A stretch of DNA of 64,000 bases from Octopus vulgaris (GCA_951406725.2 OX597834.1:29636001-29700000); one strand, 5' to 3'. Positions 11,786-25,269 are shown, numbered from the stretch's first letter. The notes: generated from the letters alone by a model not told the origin. Numbers and translations: made by a program.

Positions 11786-11993
11786 TGACCGCGTGTGTAC
11801 CGTTGGCGATTTTTTTTCCTCCATCTTCCCTTCTCTGGATCTTTCCTTTTCTTATGTTTCTGACGAAGAGCTCCGCTCGAAACGTTAAACCCTCCTTCTT
11901 CCCTTCCTTCCTGAGCGTCCAATAATACTATATTTGTTCTATGTCCTCGCGTTGTTGTGTTTTCTCTTTGTGTTTTCATGTTTGGATTAACTT
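11786..11993 (+). mobile_element. Penelope-like terminal-repeat fragment ending at (TA)n
   Basis: Pyrimidine-rich island with a canonical minimal hammerhead; shares ttcctgagcgt...taata with 29195-29390. Confidence 0.75.
11856..11890 (+). ncRNA. Minimal type I hammerhead ribozyme, canonical core
   Basis: gttt CTGACGA a gagc tcc gctc GAAA cg TT aaac: all core nucleotides present, palindromic ACGU stem III remnant typical of dimeric PLE hammerheads, GUU triplet (predicted cut after 11886). Confidence 0.8.
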
Positions 11994-14039
11994 TATATAT
12001 ATATATATGTATGTATGTATGTATCTATGTATGTATGTATGTATGTATGTATGCTCATGGGTTGACTACAAAATTGGTAGATCAGCAAGTGTTGCAGTAT
12101 TTGGGAATACTTCTTGTTCTATGTTCAATTCCTCACTATGACCATTCTTCGGTCTCATAAAGTCAATAAAAAAATAAAAGTAGCCCTTAATAAAAGAATT
12201 ACTGGGTTTGATGTCATTGGCTATTCTCAAGAAGTCATAGCTCCAGCATGGTCACAGCCCAATGTCTAAAACCAGAAATATATGTGTGTGTGTGTGTGTG
12301 TGTGTATGCAGATGTATATGTATATATACAAGTATATATGTGTGTGTTCGTGTGTGAGTATATATCTATACACACACACATACATCTGTCAAGGAACACA
12401 CACACACAAAGTACATCAACATATATTATATATAAATCTATCCCCCACATCAAAGGAGATTAAAAGATTAAGCAATGATAAATTGTCACTGCAATAAAAA
12501 GCTAATCCACAACCCACAACTGTTGTGCTGCATATAGTAAATCCACCGGCAATGCTGTTTAGCCAGAATGCTTGAAATATGTCGATAGCACAGCTATTGA
12601 TAGTTTAGCGCCAGTACAGTCCTCTGGATACCATTCCATTGCAATTGAATAATCTTGCTAGACTTTGCTAGGTTTTTTTTTTTTCCTGTTTTGTTGACTT
12701 TTTGTTTTACTTTTTTGTTTTCTCTTTTTATTTATTGGCGTGCAAGATAATTATAGGCAGAGTTCTTCTCTTCTCAGAATGGTTTGTCTTGTTAAAGATA
12801 ACCTCAGTCAGACATTGCAGTTTCTGTTTGTTCCTATACAGGCATGTACACACATATGTATGTGCGTGTGTGTGTGTGTATATGTACATACACACAAATG
12901 TGTGTGTATGTATACATACATGTGTGTGTGTGTGTATATATTTATTTATTTTTGGCAAACTACCACAGCTGAATATCTGATGAACATCATTGTTCAGAGT
13001 AGAATTACACTTGCCTTGGTCAGCTTTGTTTCAGTATTGCATTCAAAGACTCCAAGACTTGTGGTGTGGAAGGAGGGGAAGGAAAGCAAATGTTATTTTA
13101 TTGAAGTTTGATTAAGAGAAAATAGAGATTTTCTGAAATGCCAGAGCAACGCTTCCTGAGCCATGTACCACAGCACACATTGAAATGCTGCGAGAGTTAG
13201 GTGGTGTGGGGGTGTGGGTGGGGTGGCTACAAGAATAATAAATTTTATTTTTGAAAAATGTGGAAATTACAAACTGAAATACTATTCCTTTCTTTTGCTT
13301 CTTGTTTCGGTCACTGGACTTTGGTCATAAAGGAGAACTGCTTAGTTAGTCAAGTCAATACCTGATAAGTTTAAAAAAAATTTTTTTTTTATGTCAGGTG
13401 CTTATTTTATTGGTCTCTTTTGGCCAGACTGCTAAGTCATAGAGACATAAGCAAATTAAATGCTGGTTGCCAAGTGCTCAGAGATGAACACATATATACA
13501 AAGAAACCCATGCATGAACATACATACATACATGTATGCACACACACACACACACATACATATATACATACAAACATATGTGTGCAGGTGTCTATATGTG
13601 TGTATATGTATATCTACATGTATTTGTATATCTAGATGATTCTCTCTCTCTTATACATACACACACACACACACACACACATAATACATACACATTACTT
13701 AGGAGCCTCTCTTATAACAAGACTTTATTCAACTATATTTTTCAGGGAGTTTTTATGTTGTTTTTTTTTCATGAATTTTCCATGAATTATAATAATTTTA
13801 ATTCATTATGCATACAACCTTTCGTATAGGTGTTTTTCATCAACACCAACATCATCATCATCATCATCATAATTCTATGCAAATTCTTGCTGCACTTCCA
13901 TGTTCCTAACTAGCATAGAATTGTCTTCTAAGAATGCAGACCTTTGTCTGAATACTAAATCAAATTTGCTTCCTTATTGGGGTTAGTTTGTTGTTTCTGG
14001 TGTTATTTTAGTGTTTCATTCTGTTGTATAGAGTACATG

Positions 14040-14067
14040 ACGAAGGTGGTGATGGTGGTGGTGGTGG

Positions 14068-14164
<97 letters not shown>

Positions 14165-14182
14165 GATGATGATGGTGATGAT
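14040..14182. repeat. (GAT)n/(GGT)n trinucleotide microsatellite
   Basis: Seen directly; source of the poly-D, poly-M and poly-S pseudo-ORFs. Confidence 0.97.
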
Positions 14183-14400
14183 GAACTGGCAAAAGCTGTT
14201 AACATATTAAGCAAGAACCTTAAAGTTATTTCTTCTGGCTCTTTATGTTCTGAATTCAAATATCACTGGAGGTTAACTTTGCCTCTTCCACCCTTTCATG
14301 GTCGACTAAATAAAGTACCAGTCATGTACTGAGGTTAATGTAATTAAACAACCTCCTCCCACGAAATTGCTGGCCATGTGCCAAAATTTGAAACAATTAT
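14182..14400 (+). mobile_element. SINE family B, diverged copy
   Basis: gaactggcaaaagctgttaaca...tctgaattcaaat...gaggttaactttgcct...taaataaagtaccagtca...gtgccaaaatttgaaacaattatt. Confidence 0.65.
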
Positions 14401-14442
14401 TGTCATTTTTTCCCTACATTTTAATTTTTTTTTTCTTTAACA

Positions 14443-14845
14443 GGCGTAGGAGTGGCTGTGTGGTAAGTAGCTTGTCTACCAACCACATGGTTCCAGGTTC
14501 AGTCCCACTGCGTGGCACCTTGGGCAAGTGTCTTCTACTATAGTCTCGAGCCGACCAAAGCCTTGTGAGTGGATTTGGTAGACGGAAACTGAAAGAAGTC
14601 CGTCGTATATATATATATATGCATGTGTGTTTGTGTGTCTGTGTTTGTACCCCTAGCATTGCTTGACAACCAATGCTGGTGTGTTTATGTCCCCGTTACT
14701 TAGCGATTCGGCAAAAGAGACAGATAGAATAAGTACTGGGCTTACAAAAGAATAAGTCCCGGGGTCGATTTGCTCGATTAAAGGTGGTGCTCCAGCATGG
14801 TAACAGTCAAATGACTGAAACAAGTAAAAGAGTAAAAGAGTAAAA
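14443..14845 (+). mobile_element. SINE family A, full length
   Basis: Head ggcgtaggagtggctgtgtggtaag (A-box-like) and ggttcagtccc (B-box-like), CORE-like caccttgggcaagtgtctt, internal (TA)/(TG) tract, tail gactgaaacaagtaaaagagtaaaagag. Confidence 0.92.
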
Positions 14846-17604
14846 ATTTTTTGAATTGCAGTTTCATTTTGGATATTTTAAAATACCCCCTGCCCCATAA
14901 TTTAGCAAAACCAACTCACCCATTCCATCTACCTGCCACTATTCTGTGCTTGAGTAGTTTCCATCTTCATAGTCACAGCTTCACTTGATACACAGTTGTA
15001 AAACAAATTCTCTGATGTATGCTTCAGAAACTATTCCCACTGAATTTACATCTATTGGACTGCTGTCTTCCATTTGGTTGTGGAGCAGCAACTGCCTTAA
15101 TTGACGAATCACCTACTTTACCAGTTCCTTGCAGGAAAACAAAAATATCGAAAGCAAATAAAACTGCATTTCTGTCGACAGATTATTAATACCAGTATCT
15201 ATGTAATCCAGTCACTTCTATTTTTCAAACTGATTTTTTTTATAGTTTCTATTGAGATTTTTTTTCAAACTTTTTTTTTTATTTTTATTTTTTTCACTTT
15301 ATTTCTATGTCACCATTTTATGATGATTCTTTGCTGATGCCATAAATATAAATAATAATAATGTACATGAAAAAAAATATATGTTACATGTTAAAAACAA
15401 AAACAAAATAAGTAAAAATCAATTGGAAAAAAAAAATGCATTGAAGCCTTTTGAGAAGTTGTGAATATTGATTTCTTTTGACTAGGCACAAGAGCAATTG
15501 TTTTGTTGAGAACGATTTTTATCTGGTTGCATTAACCCCCAGTATAATGTTGGTACTTATTGACCCAAATGGAGTTTTAACTTAAAATAGTGAGCTATTA
15601 GAGTACATGCTGTAGACTGACTCAGTACATTATCCTATAATCTCTAGGATTTTTTCCAAAAATGTTTGTTCTTCTGAACACAGGCCTTTCCTTAAAAACA
15701 CCCCTGTTGTAACCATTATGTCTTTTCCCCTAGACAGTGTACACAGACCTATATTATAGAATGTGTTCTTGTTTTCTGAGGAATATTTGGTTGCCATTTC
15801 CAGAAGATAAAGTGACTGCATGGATACTCCTTTACTGGATCGACACAATGTTGTACACTTAAGTAAAGTATTCCAGATTGTACTGAATCTGGTATGTTAC
15901 ACATACTGGTAAAAACAACTTTGCTGAAAAGAACGTTCACTTCTTTTACAATTAGAACTCATATCAACAAATCTATTTCTGTGTGACCCCAATTTTTAGA
16001 AAGTCCTATAGTTACCGCGAAAAATGCAAATAACTTAATTTCAAAAGAACATAAACAACCATCATGTGTAATATATTCTTTTCCCCTGCAAAATCTAACT
16101 ACAGTTAAAAATTCTCAGAAGGAATTAGATGCCATTTTCCAGGAATGGTGTGTTGCAAATACCATTATTATGGAGGGAGTTGTACTGAGAAGATACTTCA
16201 ATCATTTGCTGCCTTGCAGGTAGAGAGTTCAAACCACACTTAGCTTGAATTTGTCTTTCACTTTTTATCCAATGTGTGAATAGGAAAAGATTTGTAAAAT
16301 AAGTAGCAGTGATACACTGAGGTTGATTTAACTGATTATTTTCTTCCCTTTAACAAACAAATCTTTTGTTTTATATACATTTTTCTTTATGATATACACA
16401 CGTTCTTTTTCTCTCTCTCACTATAATTTCATTCCTGGAGAGGAAAATAAAAATTCTAAAACATAAAATATTGATCAGAATTTGTTTTTTAAATTAACAC
16501 CCACATACACATGCAGACGTATTTTGTTTTATATATTTCACACACAAAACAGGAAAAATTGTTATACACACATACAGAAATAGTTAAAAATAAAAGAAAC
16601 TGATAAAAAAAGGTAACAAAATCAATTCAAAGAGTTAATATTGTTTTTGTATATATTAACTTCTTATTTTAAATATTCTTCTTTTGTCATATTTGGTTTA
16701 TTTATTTATATATTTATTATTAATTTATAAAGATATTTTCTGAAATTACTCTTCCAGATGGTACGTACAAGTCTGTAATGTAGCTTAGCTTTTAAAGAAA
16801 TTTTCTTTGGAATCAATTTTCGTTGAATAAAAGTTACAGAGTAAATGGATGCTTTTTGGAATTGATAGCGGGAAGTATTTGAGCAAAAAAAAAAAGAAAT
16901 AAATAAGTAAACACACACACACACAAAGAGACAGAGAGTGAGAATGAGAGAGATGTATGTATATATGAACAATAATAATAAATAATTAAATAAATAAGAA
17001 GATCTATCTTAAGTGCAGCTGAAATTTATAAAGTTAACTGTCTTTAGCTAGCTTTTAAGGAAAAAAAAACAACAAAATTAAAGAGATATATTTTTAATAT
17101 TTTTAGATTAAAATAATAATGCAAATAAGTGTGAAGAAGAAGAAGAAAATGTAGAAAGAATCATTGCCATACCTTTTTATATACAATGAATAAGATAACA
17201 GTGCAAATATTCATAATGATGCTGATATAAATCAAATTTGATAATGAAAATTGTTTGAGTTTTTTTTGTGTTTTGCTTTTTTAAATAAAATACTATAAAA
17301 ATTGGGAAATGCGAGTTAAAGTTATTCGTGTTTTTTTTATTTTTTTTATATAACAATTGTAGATGTTATTTTCTATCATAACATAAAGAATGAGCTTGAT
17401 GTTTTCTCAACGTTCACATTTGTGTGCGTATGTGTGTGAGCGCAAATACATATTTGTGAATGCATATATGTGTGTGTGTGTGTGTATGCACTGTGTGCGT
17501 TTTTGTATGTGAAAAATTTAACAGTATTTTCCTCTTAATTTGTTTGTATATAAAAACACATATATACACACACACACATATATATGTATATATGTATGTA
17601 TACA

Positions 17605-17640
<36 letters not shown>

Positions 17641-17814
17641 AGATAAGAAAATGGAGAAATACATCTAAATCAAATATCAATTACCAGATAATACTCAATC
17701 ACATACTTTATTAAACCACCACATAAGAGACTGTAGGGTTAGCATTTACAACCCCTATCTCAATTTGTATATATATATATATATATATACATGCACACGC
17801 ATATATATATTCAT

Positions 17815-18135
17815 TTATTTGTTTCAGCCATTTGACTGTGACCATGCTGGAGCACCACCTTTTGTCAAACAAATCAACCCCAGGATTTATTCTCTGTAAA
17901 CCTAGGACTTATTCTATCGGTCTCTTTTGCCGAACCCCTAAGTTATGGGGATGTAAAAACACCAACATCGGATGTTAAGTGATGGTGGGTGGACAAAGAC
18001 AGACCCACAAACATATGCATATGTTTCTGTCTACCAAATCTACTCACAAGGCTTTGGTCGGCCTGAGGCTATAGTAGAAGACACTTGGCCAAGGTGATAT
18101 GCAGTGGGACTGAACCCAGAACTATGTGACTGGTA
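17815..18135 (-). mobile_element. SINE family A, head-truncated, abutting a SINE-C in opposite orientation
   Basis: Homology to the 14443-14845 reverse complement with an internal deletion. Confidence 0.8.
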
Positions 18136-18139
18136 TACA

Positions 18140-18423
18140 GGCTTTGCCAGTGCCGCTGGACTGGCTCCCGTGCAGGTGGCACATAAAAAGCATCATTTGA
18201 GTGTGGCTGTTGCCAGTACCGCCTGACTGGATCTCATGCCAGTGGCACGCAAAAGCACCCACTACACTCTCAGAGTGGTTGGCATTAGGAAGGGCATTCA
18301 GCTGTAGAAAACTCTGCCAGATCAGATTGGAGCCTGGTGCAGCCATCTGGTTAGCCAGTCCTCAGTCAAATCGTCCAACCCATGCTAACATGGAAAGTGG
18401 ACATTAACCAATGATGATGATGA
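18140..18423 (+). mobile_element. SINE family C
   Basis: gtggcacgcaaaagcacccactacactctcagagtggttggcattaggaagggc...ccatgctaacatggaaagtggacattaaccaatgatgatg. Confidence 0.85.
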
Positions 18424-18784
18424 TACATACATACATACATACATACATACATACATACATACATACATACATACATACATACATGCATATATATGGCATG
18501 GGCGACTGCTGGCCTTCTACAAACAACCTTACCTGGACTTGTGCCTCCAGGCACTTTCTAGGTGTAATCCCATGGTCATTCATGACCGAAGGTGGGGTGG
18601 GGGGGTCTCCTCATATATATATGAGAGGTTTTGGTATCCAATGGACCCAAAATAGCAGGTAAGGCTGTGTAAATGCTACAGAAGGCCCGTAGTTAAACTC
18701 CCAATTCAATAATAGTATGACTGAGGAGTCTAATGTGGGTCATGTGTGAGCATGTATATATTAAATATACATTAACATATGCAT

Positions 18785-18908
18785 AATCATTTAATTTAAC
18801 AAATAGGTGCAGGAGTGGCTGTGTAGTAAGTAGCTTGCTTACCAACCACATGGTTCCAGGTTCAGTTCCACTGCGTGGCACCTAGGGCAAGTGTCTTCTA
18901 CTATAGTC
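18785..18908 (+). mobile_element. SINE family A, head only
   Basis: ggtgcaggagtggctgtgtagtaag...gtgtcttctactatagtc, then a compound GA/GACA/GGAC/GATA repeat. Confidence 0.85.
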
Positions 18909-18986
18909 TATATATATAGAGAGAGAGAGACAGACAGACAGAGAGGGATAGACGGACGGACGGACGGACGGACGGATGGACAGACT

Positions 18987-19032
<46 letters not shown>

Positions 19033-19236
19033 TAGACAGATAGATAGATAGATAGACTAACTAGAAGTTACCTTTGAGGTTAACATGAAACTTAAGTTTC
19101 AGAGCTATAAAGTTTTATGTTTTAACATATTGATTACACTAACACAGGTATTGAGTAGATACTTCCTTATTTACCATCTTAATACAATCTCAAATGTGTA
19201 GCTTTTTAGGTATGTGAAGTTAAAAAGTAAAAAATA

Positions 19237-19272
<36 letters not shown>

Positions 19273-19594
19273 ATATACATACTCACACACATACACATCC
19301 AGACAATAGAAGATCTGAGTAAAAATCTTCCATTGGTTTTCAATGATGAGTAATCTCAGGTGTTCAATTTACCTGAATGTAAACTCATTGAATTGTACTA
19401 TATGTGGTGCAGTATTCTACAGATGGATATACTCTTAATGTAATCCTGGGGCAGAATTAACATTAAACTCTGAGTAACAAGGGTGGGCCTTTGAATTATG
19501 GACATAATCCATGCAACAGGCTTCCACAAAGTTTCCATCTAGCCACATCAAGTCATAGATGTGGCTCAACTGGTTGCTATGGTGAAAAAATAGG

Positions 19595-19674
19595 TTCTTA
19601 AGAGCCTACACATTTTGAGCGATTGAACCTACAGTCTTACAATTACATCCACTCTTTTTAGATACATATATGTT

Positions 19675-19713
<39 letters not shown>

Positions 19714-19969
19714 GTTTATACTCATATACAATCATTTATACAGGCCTGTAGGCTATTCTTTATATATAGATATATATCTCCATTTTCTATTCATTTATAT
19801 ATATGTGAATCTGTATGTATATGTATGTATATATATATATATATATATATATAGTACGTTTATATATTTGTTGTGCAAGATTTTTTATATGAAGTTGTGT
19901 GTTGAAACAGATTCTTAAGAGCCTACACATTCGAGTGATTGAACCTACATCCACTCTTTTTAGATACAA

Positions 19970-20013
<44 letters not shown>

Positions 20014-20080
20014 TTATACACATATGCAATCAGGTATACAGACCTGTAGGCTATTCTTTATATATAGATATATATCTCTA
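19595..20080 (+). repeat. Local direct duplication (about 19595-19780 vs 19910-20080)
   Basis: ttcttaagagcctacacatt...gattgaacctaca...catccactctttttagataca...cctgtaggctattctttatatatagatatatatctc occurs twice. Confidence 0.85.
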
Positions 20081-20090
20081 ATCTGAAATA

Positions 20091-20131
<41 letters not shown>

Positions 20132-20645
20132 CTAACATATATATCTGATACACACACATACGTGTATATGTATATATATATTTACATGAGTATGAAAAGA
20201 AAACATAAATCATTTAGTCAAATTAATATGTGAGAATTACCAATGCTGGCCTAAGCTAACCTGTGAATTACAAATTTGACCATGTCTATTTAGAGTTATT
20301 GAAATATTACTCATATCATGCAGTTGCCAATATGGTATCTATACAATATCAGCAGTGGAGAAAAAAATATTTATGTTCTCACTGGTAAATGAGACGAGAT
20401 GATGATATGCATAAATTTACAAAACACTTTGTGCTGCCCTACACTTCATAATTTAATTAAAAATTGAAATAAGTACGTGTTTACATTCATAGATACATGT
20501 ATGCATAGACACACACACACACACCATGTAGAAATGTGTATAAAAACACACACACATATATACATACATAGACACACACACATACATATACATATGACTG
20601 TGATGATGGCAAATGAATGTAGAATATTGTGTAAGCTTGCAATCG

Positions 20646-20706
<61 letters not shown>

Positions 20707-20711
20707 TCATA

Positions 20712-20976
20712 AATGAGGGTGACAAATTAGATATTAATTTAATAATACCATCAGTTTAACACCAAGTGGCCTAGCACATAAAAAACCAGAGAGACAATAC
20801 AAATTTATACGTAAATATAAGAGAGTTACCATTAAGTAGTTAACTCTAGTGCTAGAAATTGCTCCTTATTCTGGTATATATGGGCACAGATTATATTAAT
20901 TACATGTGTTGAGAGGTGGTTCAGAAAATACCTTATTCAGGCAATAAGGGATGCCTCTCGACCTCATAGAATTACA

Positions 20977-21013
<37 letters not shown>

Positions 21014-21014
21014 G

Positions 21015-21051
<37 letters not shown>

Positions 21052-21131
21052 CATACATATACATATATATATATATATACAGATGTAATTCTATGAGGTC
21101 GAGAGGCATCCCTTATTGGCTGAATAAGGTA

Positions 21132-21132
<1 letters not shown>
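20712..21132. mobile_element. Penelope-like fragments with a 53 bp inverted pair around (TA)n
   Basis: 20712-20862 resembles 8668-8805 (agggt..aaatt.gatattaat...agtggcctagca...gctagaaat). Arms 20928-20980 and 21080-21132 are inverted with one mismatch. Confidence 0.6.
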
Positions 21133-21169
<37 letters not shown>

Positions 21170-23560
21170 ATGCCAAATCAAATCAGAGAAATGAAAAAAA
21201 AGGCAGCAAATGTCTGGTTAGATCTTATAATTGTAGAAGAGGAGGAAGAAATCTATTTGCTAGTTCCTAATGCTTTGAATCATTACCTTTTCCCAAAGCA
21301 ATTGTTAAAATACATTTATAGATACAATGATGAGCTGATGGTCAGCATATTGATTAAAGACTGGAAGATAAAATGGTTCTAGATAATTGGCTTATTCCAG
21401 GGAAAACTGTTATCAGTAGCTTTGTTTCTAATAATATTTAACATAAATTTAGACTCAATGAAAGTATGCAGTGAACTAGATAACGAAACCCTCTTCAGGC
21501 CGGAGAATCTATCATTTATAGCATTTCCAGATTGACACAGATTGAGTGAAAAGGCGGGAGAAAGCTATGATGGCAACGCTAAAAAGAAAAAGCTGAATAA
21601 AAGCACAAAACCATTTTGCTAAATGTGCATCACCAGAGAAATAACGGTCAGCACCTGCAGATTTTTAGATTCAAAATTCAGTCAGTGAGGATAAGTCAAA
21701 GAAGTTTCTTAGTGAATTCGTGTGTGTGTGTGTGTGTCTGTCTGTGAGTGTCACTGATGTATATTAGTGAAGGATGCAAACATTGATGGGAAGCTAAGAA
21801 ACTGGTACTTCTGAATAAAAATAACCTTGTGCAGTATTTGTCCGGCACCAAGTTTTACAATTAAACTATTGTCATTGTCATCATAAGAAAAATAGTGAAC
21901 CAGTGATTAACCCACCTGAAATCTGTGACCAACGGCGCTATTGTTTACTAAATGTAACGTAATAAAATATATAAGATAAAAGTCACTAAAATAAGAGAGA
22001 GCTCTCTAAAAATATGTTTATCTACACTTTTACAATCAGTTTTAATGGTGATATTGAAAATTTGGTTTTGAAAATGTAGAAGAATTGGTTAGATTTGTAT
22101 AGATTGTGAACAATAACAGCACATTGCCACTCAAAACACACCTTTGGGCTATGTGTGAAACTGCTAACAACCTGAATTGAAGTGTCTGCAGGTCGTTAAA
22201 GGTCATAAGTTGATTACTTTAAATGATATGAATGTCAAAGTAGCAGATCAACATGATGCTAGGATAAACAATTTCAAGAACTAGAACCCAAAGAATACTT
22301 GGATGAAGCTAGTAAAGATTTGTACTTAACACAAACCGAGAGTTGGGAGATGTGAAGTTGAAAATATGGTGCTATATATACCCTGAAGTAGTTCAATAGT
22401 TCTTGTAGAGGAAACCTCATATTAATAATAAGATATCGTTTTTGAAAAGACAAGGGGAAAATGTGTATAAGAAGACAAGTGTTAACTGGGAACAATACAA
22501 TGATATCTGATGAAATATGATTAAGCTACCATCACCCCAGGTCTAATATGCAAAGTTGGGCCTCCCATAAGCTTTATTGTACTAAAAACGTTTTCCTGAA
22601 TATGCACTGAAGAAACTGAGGTACATCTAATACACATGTGCGTCTTTTAAGCCGTCAAATGCAGTACTTGTAGAAAAACTGGTAATATTCCTCTTATATA
22701 AGAAAAACTCTATAACTGTAGATAGAAATATTAGAAACTGAAGCTATAGACTATCAAAAGTAGTTAAACAAAATGGGTTAAACAAAATCTGATTGGTACA
22801 ATGACCAACTCACAAGAACCACCTTAACCATCTTTGTGAATATATTGTTGATAAACTGATTTTGATGTAATAAAGATTTCAGGGGTGTTTTGTAAAATGT
22901 CTGTAATGTAATACGTTATATTGATGTTGACTAGTGAAAATTTACCATCATGGAATTGAATTATAATTAAAATCAAATGAAGATTTATTCTAATTAAACA
23001 ATGACCAACTCTCAGATTTTGATTTTGGTGGTGCATAGTAAAATATCTGTAACCTAATATTTATGTTGATTAACTGAAATTATAAATTATATATCATTTA
23101 CACTTTAATGAAATTTTGACTGAGATTTGAATTTAAATATGAACATTATTATAGAGACGGTCTGGGGCTGGTTGGTTGGTTTTAAAAGTAAATCCAAAAC
23201 AACGGTAAAGACATCAATGGAGAAAAACATGACAGAGTAAATGAAAGTTGGATAAAACTTTGAAGAACAATACCAGCAATCTATGACTGTTAGACCCCAC
23301 CTCATGATATGGAATTGGAAAAGTTGGAACAATAAATTATTTATAGGTATACACACACACACACACACATGTGCACAAAAAAAAAAACTCAATATCTGGC
23401 ATCTGTTTCCTCAGATTATAATACTGTCAAACCAAAGACCTAATTTAGTCATGTACCAAAACAGATTTTTTTTTTTGTTATTGTACTGATGTATTGGCAG
23501 GAATCTAGTTTTGAAAACGAAGTGGACAGAATGGAAAAAAAAACATAAAAGTGTCCACTA
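21170..23560 (+). mobile_element. Decayed RLE-type non-LTR retrotransposon (HERO/NeSL/R2 group): RT, zinc-knuckle region and restriction-like endonuclease
   Basis: Ordered degenerate motifs across frameshifts: VWLDL (~21211), GLFQGKLLSVALFLIIFN (21389), LSFIAFPD (YADD region, ~21510), KNWLDL...FGL (~22080-22150), CLQVVKGH (~22184), LPSP/NMQSW (~22526), ALKKLRYI* (~22605), FPQIII..QRPNLVMY (~23407-23457) and E..FE...R (~23500). Confidence 0.78.
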
Positions 23561-23926
23561 AATGCAATCTGTAAAGCAAGTTGTTGTTGTTGTTATTGAG
23601 CCCCATCTTGACATTAAGTCCATCTATGATCAAAGGAGTTCAAGCTGTGACCATCCTTGGTTTTTTTTTTCTTTTTTTTAAGGTATAGCACATCAAGGAC
23701 ATGAATCGATGTATAAATCCATTTCTTTTTTAAGATGGAACATTCTGATCTGAAAAATATTTGGCTTATATTTCTAACAGTATAAGCAACTTTATTAAGA
23801 CTCTCTTAATAATTCTATCTTATAACAACTACATTATATTTAGTACACTATATTATACTTCTCCCTAAGTATATTATTTTCCATGAACTTACTGGTATGT
23901 TAAGAAGAGGAGTAAGGATAAAAAGA

Positions 23927-24353
23927 GGAGTGGCTGAGTTCCTTTCGTCTGTTGGGCCTCACGGAAGCAAGGTGGCTGAGTTCCTTTCAAGCATTGGGCC
24001 TCACAGAGGCAAAGCGGTTGAGTTCCTTTAGAGTGTTGTGCCTCATGGAGTCAATGACCAAGACCTTTGGCCTTATGTCGTGCTTGAGAAGAAGACCCAA
24101 CAAGCTGAGCAAAATCGCAGTCGTGGCAGATACTGGTGTCACGCATCCTGGTGTCATGCAAATGGCACCCATGCCGGTGGTACGTAAAAGCATTGATTTC
24201 ACTCTCAGAGTGGTTGGCATTAGGAAGGGCATCCAGTCGTAGAAAACTATGCCAAATCAGACTGGAGTCTGGTGCACCCATCCAGTGTGCCAGCCTAGTC
24301 AAACTGCCCAACCCATGCCAGCATGGACAATGGAAATTAAATGATGATGATGA
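23927..24353 (+). mobile_element. SINE family C, long copy with a triplicated ~43 bp unit at its 5' end
   Basis: gctgagttcctt...gttgggcctcacgga x3 (23930-24060), family body and (GAT)n tail. Confidence 0.85.
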
Positions 24354-24366
24354 TATATATGTGTAC

Positions 24367-24398
<32 letters not shown>

Positions 24399-25269
24399 AT
24401 ATCAATAAATAAATAAACATAGGATAATTCATTCACCCATCGATATATGTGTGTATATATATATATATAATGACTAGATTAAAGAGACCATGGTTTATCT
24501 GGTTATCCAGGATAAATAACTTACAGTGTGATGAAGGGAAACTTGGAAAAGTCATTTAATAGAAAACCTTGAGAGGAAGTTGGAAATGTGAGAGAGAGAG
24601 AGAGAAAGTGTGTGTGTGAGAGAGGGGGAAGAGAGAGTTGCTTCTGTTGATACTTATGCTTATTGATGGTTATATGCTGTAGCAATTGATATTCTGTGAG
24701 AGAATTGCTCTCCAGTGAACTTGGCAATGAGTTTTGGTTAGTTTAAAGGAGTCAGCCAAATAGAAGTGTAGTGTTTATAATGAAAATACCCTTAAAATGT
24801 CTATAAAGGTAACATAAATGACTACTAAAGAAGAATGTGCCATAAAACAAGCTTGAAAGACATCCTAAACAATTTCTCCAGGAAGGAATATATTTCCAAA
24901 TTACAATCCTTGGAAAGACGGAGCAGTAGATTCTAATAAGACATTAAAAACTTCAGTGTATTCTACACAATTCCACATTTGGAACAATCAGCCATAAGAT
25001 TTAGAGATCTGTCATATGAACACACACACACACACACACTGATACACACACACAGGTATATATATCTATGCCAGAAATAGTAGAAAAATCCCTCACAAAT
25101 TACACTTTAGAATCTTAAAAAAAGAAATGAAGAGCACATTAGATAATGTAGTCCTAGATACACTGTCTGAAACAGAATGAGGAGGTATGATATGAAGCTG
25201 ATGAGGATTTCTGTTGGTAACTAAAAGGCAAGAGGGAGAAGAATTCTTTTGTTTGTTTTTTTCCTTACG

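Noticed and set aside
12975-13005. CTGATGA followed by a hairpin (aca tcat tgt)
   Set aside because: No GAAA or NUH/stem I follows.
13977-14332. Poly-Met, poly-Asp and poly-Ser ORFs
   Set aside because: (GAT)n microsatellite running into a SINE-B; no gene context.
14443-14520. tRNA-like A and B boxes in SINE heads
   Set aside because: No complete cloverleaf seen and each continues into the SINE body, so not called as tRNA genes.
16105-16223. Helical-looking open frame KNSQKELDAIFQEW...LLPCR with splice-like ends
   Set aside because: Its 3' half overlaps what looks like a decayed SINE-B head; no homology recognised.
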